Notes under the pieces: model-generated
Database searches by the model: none
What the model was told of the DNA's origin: nothing
Seen by the model: only the letters and a program-made list of their open reading frames with translations
IMG/VR virus record: IMGVR_UViG_3300032360_000014
Coordinates: 1-50,380 of that record
Direction: 5' to 3' (one strand)
Length of the DNA stretch: 50,380 nt
DNA from: a virus
Taxonomy: Duplodnaviria > Caudoviricetes
Shown: positions 45,342-50,380 of the stretch, piece after piece
Position numbering within the stretch: the first letter of the stretch is position 1
How the letters are laid out: each line of letters begins with the position of its first letter
Translations under genes and position numbers: made by a program

Positions 45342-48245
45342 ATGACCACAGAACTCACCAATGCAGTTACCGCGCTTAATGACGTAACGCAAAAACATGA
45401 GCAGCTAAACGAAAAGTACCAAGGCACGCATGACGCTTTATCAAGTAATTCTAAAGCCATGACCGATTGGCAGACCCAGCAAGGTACGGTTGAACTCACC
45501 GACCAACATGGCAACAAACACCTAACGCCGACACTCAAAACACTGGTAGAACAAGCGCAAAGCGTCAACCCTCACCCACACGCCATGACCAAAGCCCAGT
45601 TCGATGCACTGCGTGAGTTGCGCAAACAACAATATGCAGGCAGTGGGTTTGTTGAGTGGGGCAAGCACTTTGATTCGGTTATTAAAGATGGGGTAGCAAT
45701 TAATGAAGGCATGTGGTGTCGTGATTTGGGTGATCGGGTTGCATCTAAATTTATTCATCTAGGTCGTAAACAGAAGTTTTCCAAACCCTGTTCTAGTCGT
45801 ACGGATGATCCTATCGCAATCGTAGACGGTACAGCACAGCTTTTATACGATGGAGTAAATGTAGGACAAGGGTCAACATCAGGTAAGGATTATGAGTCTA
45901 TTCAAGTACCGTTCCCCCCAGCCCCAGACGGTACAAAAACTTACGACTCGGCCACAGGCACAGTAACCCAGCACACCAATGCTGAGGTGGCATTCGCGTC
46001 TGAAACGGCCACCAATAAAGTGATTACCTCGCGTAAAGACCTGGTGTTTTTAGAGTCATGGCATGAAAAAATCGCTGATAAAGATGTGGTTTATCCGCTG
46101 GGCAACGTGCAATACGGCGCAAGCGGCTATGAGGGTGTCACACTGCTCAATAACTTAGTTGCGCAAGGCTATTCCGCCTTTGGTGAGTGGGACGAAAATA
46201 CTAAAGGCTTTGGCGCAAAATGGTCATCACTAACCGACGCACAAAAAGCGCTGTTTTTAAGTGAACCCGAGCATAATATTTATTTTGACCCGCGTGCCAA
46301 TGCGTATATTCAAGTGCGTTACAGAATACGGGTTGTTGAAGGGTTTGGGGATGATTGGGATTTAGCTGCACCAGCAGGTAGTCCACTAATGATGTCATAT
46401 GATAACGCTTATTCGCGTATTAAAACGCGAGGGGCATTTTCGACTTGTCATGATTATGGCAATGGTATCGGGGATGGGTTCATTGGCTGTAAGAGTACCG
46501 ATCGTAAAATAATTGATTCAGCACTTTGGGATGTAAGAGGAGAATATTCATCTGACAGAGCGCACGAGAATCAAATACGTGCACTGTCCATCGCCCTCGT
46601 CCAACGCTTGAACCAAGGTGCTTATCACCCAAGTTATAATCCGATGGGATGTGATAGATGGATTAAGCAAGATGTTGTTGCGGGTAATTGGTATATAAAC
46701 TCCGAATTTATTAACTCTTCAACCCGTAAATCATTTTATGAAGCCATCAGTTCAGGTGAAACGGGGCGGCAACGTTCTGGCGATATTGGCTCTGGTATCA
46801 GTGGTCGCTCAGACCAATACAAGTTCCATGACGCTATCTACGCGGGACAAGTTGAAGATTTGCGTTTAAATGCCAACAAGCTTGACGTAAATAAACTGCG
46901 TGAAGACACCATGCGTAAAGCAGTAGCTGGGACTTTGCGAGGTAAACAAAAATTAATGGTCACTAAGTTTGACTCAAAAGTGTATCAAACAGGTGGGACT
47001 TCGCTAGGTTACGTGCAAATAGACAGCAATGGTTGGGCAAGACCTTATTCATCAAACGAGAAAATCAAAGGCTGGAATTTAACAAAAAATAAGCCCGTTA
47101 CAATATCAAAAAGTACCACAGCACAACATGTATTTAACGTACAGATGGACGACAGTACGGTTATAAATGTAGATGATAGAATCATGATTTCGTATTATAG
47201 AACCGACTTTAATGCCGAATATGATTCACTCCCCTGGGTAGATATAATCGGAAGCCCAGAACGAATTGCCGCCACATTCCCTGATGGGGTTGTTGGTCAG
47301 TGGGTTCCTCAGGTTCCTGATGGCGCTAGTAAAAATTATCAAAGTAATCGTAAGTTTATACAAGAAGGGACGCGAACAATAACTGATAATGACGGGTCAA
47401 GTTGGACTTTCTTCTCTAATTGGGATGGACAAACAGGAGGTGATTTAATTACAAATACGTTAGCAGATGGTCCTGTGCCCGCTGCTAGAGTTGTGCTTAA
47501 CTTTTACGAATCCCTTTCAAATTTCACAGAGACTTCTAACAACGCGCAAATAGTTGGAACGCCCGGTAATGTATATCAAGGTAACTTTCATCACATTGAT
47601 CGAGGCAATCGTTTAAACTCAAGTGTAAGCGGCGTCATCGCAAAACAGGGGAGCGCGCATAAAGGTGTTGGTTTTTTAAACACTAACGGTTTTTCATACG
47701 AATCGTGGTCTATAGCACCACATAAACTAACAGCGGCAGCCCAGCCTGAACATCAGCGAGTTGATCTTGCTTCAGGCAATGAAAGTGGTGGTATGAAAGC
47801 ACTCTCAACCATCACCGAAAAAAATGGCTTGTATTATTTGCAGCTACACGGCGCTGAATTGAAATATACACCTCGCACAATAGCTGACATGACTGTAATT
47901 AATGCGGGTTCTCATACAGGGGCTATTACGAAAGGACATGTTTACTTATTTCAGGGATTTGATAACTCATTAATAAATAGGCCGATGATCGCATTAGCAA
48001 ATAACGCAGGAACTACTTGGAACGCTCATTCTTACAATAGTTTTACCTTAAATGATATGGGTGAAATTATTACTCACACTGGCACTAAGTATACTTTACT
48101 ACGAGCGTTCGAGAGCCGCTGGGGTGATGACCAAACAATCCCCATTGTTGATGGCGAAAACGTCAAAACCGACCTCAACGGCAACACGGTGAAAGTATTT
48201 TGCCACCACACACAAATCCCGCTTGGCATAGCGCATAACGACTAA
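45342..48245 (+). CDS. Large tail spike/receptor-binding protein
   Basis: 967 aa; YAGSGFVEWG, SRKDLVFLESWHE, VQRLNQGAYHPSYNPMG, WGDD; followed by a fibre-assembly gene. Confidence 0.75.
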   Translation: MTTELTNAVTALNDVTQKHEQLNEKYQGTHDALSSNSKAMTDWQTQQGTVELTDQHGNKHLTPTLKTLVEQAQSVNPHPHAMTKAQFDALRELRKQQYAGSGFVEWGKHFDSVIKDGVAINEGMWCRDLGDRVASKFIHLGRKQKFSKPCSSRTDDPIAIVDGTAQLLYDGVNVGQGSTSGKDYESIQVPFPPAPDGTKTYDSATGTVTQHTNAEVAFASETATNKVITSRKDLVFLESWHEKIADKDVVYPLGNVQYGASGYEGVTLLNNLVAQGYSAFGEWDENTKGFGAKWSSLTDAQKALFLSEPEHNIYFDPRANAYIQVRYRIRVVEGFGDDWDLAAPAGSPLMMSYDNAYSRIKTRGAFSTCHDYGNGIGDGFIGCKSTDRKIIDSALWDVRGEYSSDRAHENQIRALSIALVQRLNQGAYHPSYNPMGCDRWIKQDVVAGNWYINSEFINSSTRKSFYEAISSGETGRQRSGDIGSGISGRSDQYKFHDAIYAGQVEDLRLNANKLDVNKLREDTMRKAVAGTLRGKQKLMVTKFDSKVYQTGGTSLGYVQIDSNGWARPYSSNEKIKGWNLTKNKPVTISKSTTAQHVFNVQMDDSTVINVDDRIMISYYRTDFNAEYDSLPWVDIIGSPERIAATFPDGVVGQWVPQVPDGASKNYQSNRKFIQEGTRTITDNDGSSWTFFSNWDGQTGGDLITNTLADGPVPAARVVLNFYESLSNFTETSNNAQIVGTPGNVYQGNFHHIDRGNRLNSSVSGVIAKQGSAHKGVGFLNTNGFSYESWSIAPHKLTAAAQPEHQRVDLASGNESGGMKALSTITEKNGLYYLQLHGAELKYTPRTIADMTVINAGSHTGAITKGHVYLFQGFDNSLINRPMIALANNAGTTWNAHSYNSFTLNDMGEIITHTGTKYTLLRAFESRWGDDQTIPIVDGENVKTDLNGNTVKVFCHHTQIPLGIAHND

Positions 48246-48254
48246 GGAATACCC

Positions 48255-48962
48255 ATGACTCAAGAACAAATAGAAGCACCAACCAACGACGAACCGGCAC
48301 TACAGCCGGTTGTCACATATCAAGACGTACATACTAAAATCGCGCTGCGTCACCCGCAAACGCAAATTAATGAAGCCCTTACAGCGGCCATTGCACATGA
48401 GCAAGCCACCTTTGATGACGCCCATGCAAACTGGGTAATTGAATGTGAACAAGTGCAGCAAGCAATTGAAGCGGCCAACTCACACAATGAAGTAAACCCA
48501 GAAGACCTAAACCCTATCCCCGAGTTACCTGCCGAGCCGGTGATTGATTTAGCACGACGCCGCGCGTGTTACCAGGTTGAATATGTGACCGTTGATTTAG
48601 CGCTTACCACCGCAGCGACCCCCGCCAAAGTGGTCTATGACGACCAGGCATTAATTGCCTATCACCACCCTGCTACTGAGGCGCACAGCACTGAACACAT
48701 TGAACAAGTCAAACGCGAACGCTTTAAAGCCCAGCGCGCCATTGACGTTGCGGCCATTACCGTTGAGGTTGAAGGGCTGGTATTTGATGGCAATGAAACA
48801 GCACAAACCCGTATGGCCCGTGCGGCGCTGGTAATGGACGACACCGAAAGCACCTTATGGGTGTTGGCTGATAACCGTGTTGTGAGTGTGAGTAAAGCGC
48901 AGTTATTGGCGGCGTGTAAAGCCTCGGGCTTGGTCCAAACCAAGCTGTGGAGCGGTGCATAA
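48255..48962 (+). CDS. DUF4376-like tail fibre assembly protein
   Basis: ITVEVEGLVFDGNETAQTRM, WVLADN. Confidence 0.8.
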   Translation: MTQEQIEAPTNDEPALQPVVTYQDVHTKIALRHPQTQINEALTAAIAHEQATFDDAHANWVIECEQVQQAIEAANSHNEVNPEDLNPIPELPAEPVIDLARRRACYQVEYVTVDLALTTAATPAKVVYDDQALIAYHHPATEAHSTEHIEQVKRERFKAQRAIDVAAITVEVEGLVFDGNETAQTRMARAALVMDDTESTLWVLADNRVVSVSKAQLLAACKASGLVQTKLWSGA

Positions 48963-49015
48963 AAGCGGGCCACGTTTTAGTGCCAAGCGTTAATTGATCT
49001 TAATAGCTGGATTTT

Positions 49016-49030
49016 ATCATAAATAGTGAT
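49016..49030. promoter_or_regulatory. Repressor-type operator upstream of the repA leader
   Basis: ATCATAAATAGTGAT, one mismatch from ATCAC-N5-GTGAT. Confidence 0.55.
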
Positions 49031-49038
49031 ATATACTC

Positions 49039-49221
49039 TTTGCTGTCGTCTGACACATCGGCGGCAAATTTAGGGTATGATTGATAAATCGCAGGCACAA
49101 AAAAACCAACTTCGCCAAAAGTTGGTTTTTAAAGCGACCCACACAAACCAAAAAGCTTAGGAACCGCGTACATTTCTAAGTTTACGTGGGTCGCCCGTGC
49201 TTTGCAAATTTTTGCAAAGGA
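49039..49221. ncRNA. Structured repA leader/antisense RNA (CopA/CopT-like)
   Basis: 12-bp stem 49101-49130 with loop CGCCAA; stem GCGACCCAC/GTGGGTCGC at 49134-49194; stem 49200-49219 occluding the AAGGA RBS. Confidence 0.6.
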
Positions 49222-49226
49222 TTTTT

Positions 49227-50117
49227 ATGAAAACAACAAAAAGACGGGGGGCGGTAGATTATTGCAATCAAGTCGCGAACCCCAGCCCGCGCTTTGACGT
49301 GCCACCAACGCACGTCAGTCGCCTGGCGTTTATTAATGACGCAGTAAAGAAAAGTCATCAAGTAAATGTGCTTTTATCAGATGTAGCGCAATGGGCTCGC
49401 AGTAACAACGATCGCAAAAAAGCATTTTATAAAGATCGCGCTAATGCAATTAAAGCGCTGGTGTCGTGCTTTGCAGAGCATTACAACGTGATCACCGGGC
49501 AAGTGCAAATCTCACTGCGTAACGCCGCCGACTTGTGCGGTTTAAGCACCATATCACAGCGTGAAAAAGACAAAGCCGAGGCTGATCCAACATACGCCCC
49601 GCGGCCCAGCATCAGCCGCGTCTCTCGCGCATTTAAAGACATGTGCGAGTTAGGTTGGGTAAATGCCCCGCAAAGCTGGCAAATCTGGGACAAAGCAGCC
49701 CACCACTGGATAGATAAAATATTTGAACTCACCCCACTGTTTTTCAAAGCGCTGGGGATCACCCCTGAACGCGTTGAACGTGTGCGCCAAGCGCGCCTTA
49801 AGTATCTTGCGAAAAAGCAGTATTTGGGGCTTACAGAGCAGCAGCTTGCAACCACGCCCTTGGCCGAGATTAAACGCATTGCCCGCCATGTTTATGCGCG
49901 AACAATTCGTGAGCGCCGCGAAAGCAAACAAGCGCTGTCAAAGCTTAAGCGTCAAGCGTTAAATAAAACCCCTGCAGAGCAGCGCGCAGTAGCCACAGAG
50001 CGCGTGATCAAGCGCTTAGGAGCGCGGGTTAAGCATTTATCTGAGCAATTATTTAGTCAAGAAGTCAATCAAGAAGTGGCGCTGATCAGGCGATTACTCA
50101 CCCCAGCACCCGCCTAA
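49227..50117 (+). CDS. repA: IncFII-type RepA replication initiator
   Basis: RANAIKALV..F.EHYN, ADLCGLST, SISRVSRAF..M.ELG, WDK..WIDK..LTPLFF. Confidence 0.85.
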   Translation: MKTTKRRGAVDYCNQVANPSPRFDVPPTHVSRLAFINDAVKKSHQVNVLLSDVAQWARSNNDRKKAFYKDRANAIKALVSCFAEHYNVITGQVQISLRNAADLCGLSTISQREKDKAEADPTYAPRPSISRVSRAFKDMCELGWVNAPQSWQIWDKAAHHWIDKIFELTPLFFKALGITPERVERVRQARLKYLAKKQYLGLTEQQLATTPLAEIKRIARHVYARTIRERRESKQALSKLKRQALNKTPAEQRAVATERVIKRLGARVKHLSEQLFSQEVNQEVALIRRLLTPAPA

Positions 50118-50136
50118 CCATTCTAACGGCCATGAC

Positions 50137-50159
50137 AACCACGCAATCGCGTGGTTTTT
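50137..50159 (+). terminator. Hairpin/terminator after repA
   Basis: AACCACGC-aatc-GCGTGGTTTTT. Confidence 0.7.
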
Positions 50160-50219
50160 GTGCTGCCTGCCTTTTTAAAATAGTTCCTGTCAGCGCTGCC
50201 CAGCGGCTTTATAGCGATG

Positions 50220-50228
50220 TTATCCACA
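50220..50228 (+). promoter_or_regulatory. DnaA box of the RepA origin
   Basis: TTATCCACA about 100 bp downstream of repA, as in IncFII oriR. Confidence 0.7.
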
Positions 50229-50253
50229 CCCCCTAACTAAACTCCCCCTAAAA

Positions 50254-50380
50254 GCACCGTGCACAAGTAACTTATACAGTTAAAGTGCAAACGTCTTTTT
50301 TATAAAGTGCCTGCGCACTGTTATAAAGTGCAAAATTATTTACAGCTAACTAGATACAACTAATTTATTGATACGCACAG
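50254..50380. repeat. Terminal direct repeat, copy 2
   Basis: Identical to 1-127. Confidence 0.95.

Larger units (their letters stand above)
1..50253. mobile_element. Complete circular temperate phage-plasmid (HK97-like siphovirus)
   Basis: Full virion, lysis and switch modules plus rep, par and resolvase genes; circular; no host genes. Confidence 0.92.

Noticed and set aside
43140-48962. Diversity-generating retroelement or tail-fibre shufflon
   Set aside because: No reverse transcriptase, template/variable repeat pair or inverted cassette found; the serine recombinase is far away and resolvase-like.
27684-49962. Numerous antisense and alternate-frame ORFs in the track
   Set aside because: They are shadows of well-supported structural and rep genes with no independent signals.

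Overview
The window is almost certainly a complete circular temperate phage-plasmid of about 50.25 kb: bases 1-127 are repeated exactly at 50254-50380, a typical assembly overlap. The host is probably a marine gammaproteobacterium such as Pseudoalteromonas (inferred from protein families, not proven). It carries an HK97-type siphovirus morphogenesis module (HNH, terminases, portal, S49 protease, capsid, tail with a -1 frameshift chaperone, TMP, tip and fibres), a lysis cassette and a CI/Cro/Q-like switch. Plasmid functions are two unrelated replicons (an iteron Rep_3 type and an IncFII-type RepA with an antisense-like leader), ParA plus an RHH adaptor with GTATTAC centromere repeats, a serine resolvase and a tyrosine recombinase. 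The accessory part is rich: a LexA-boxed standalone umuD, an acr-aca2 operon whose acr candidate I do not recognise, an orphan DndC/PAPS-reductase-like gene and a cytosine methyltransferase sharing an identical four-operator array, and two adenine methyltransferases. The most novel-looking element is a three-gene cassette (HTH regulator, multi-pass membrane protein, unannotated 40-aa double-glycine-leader peptide) that looks like a peptide signalling or microcin system. The CI repressor lacks its autocleavage catalytic residues, so induction probably uses a non-canonical route. All family assignments come from motif recognition by eye, with no database search.
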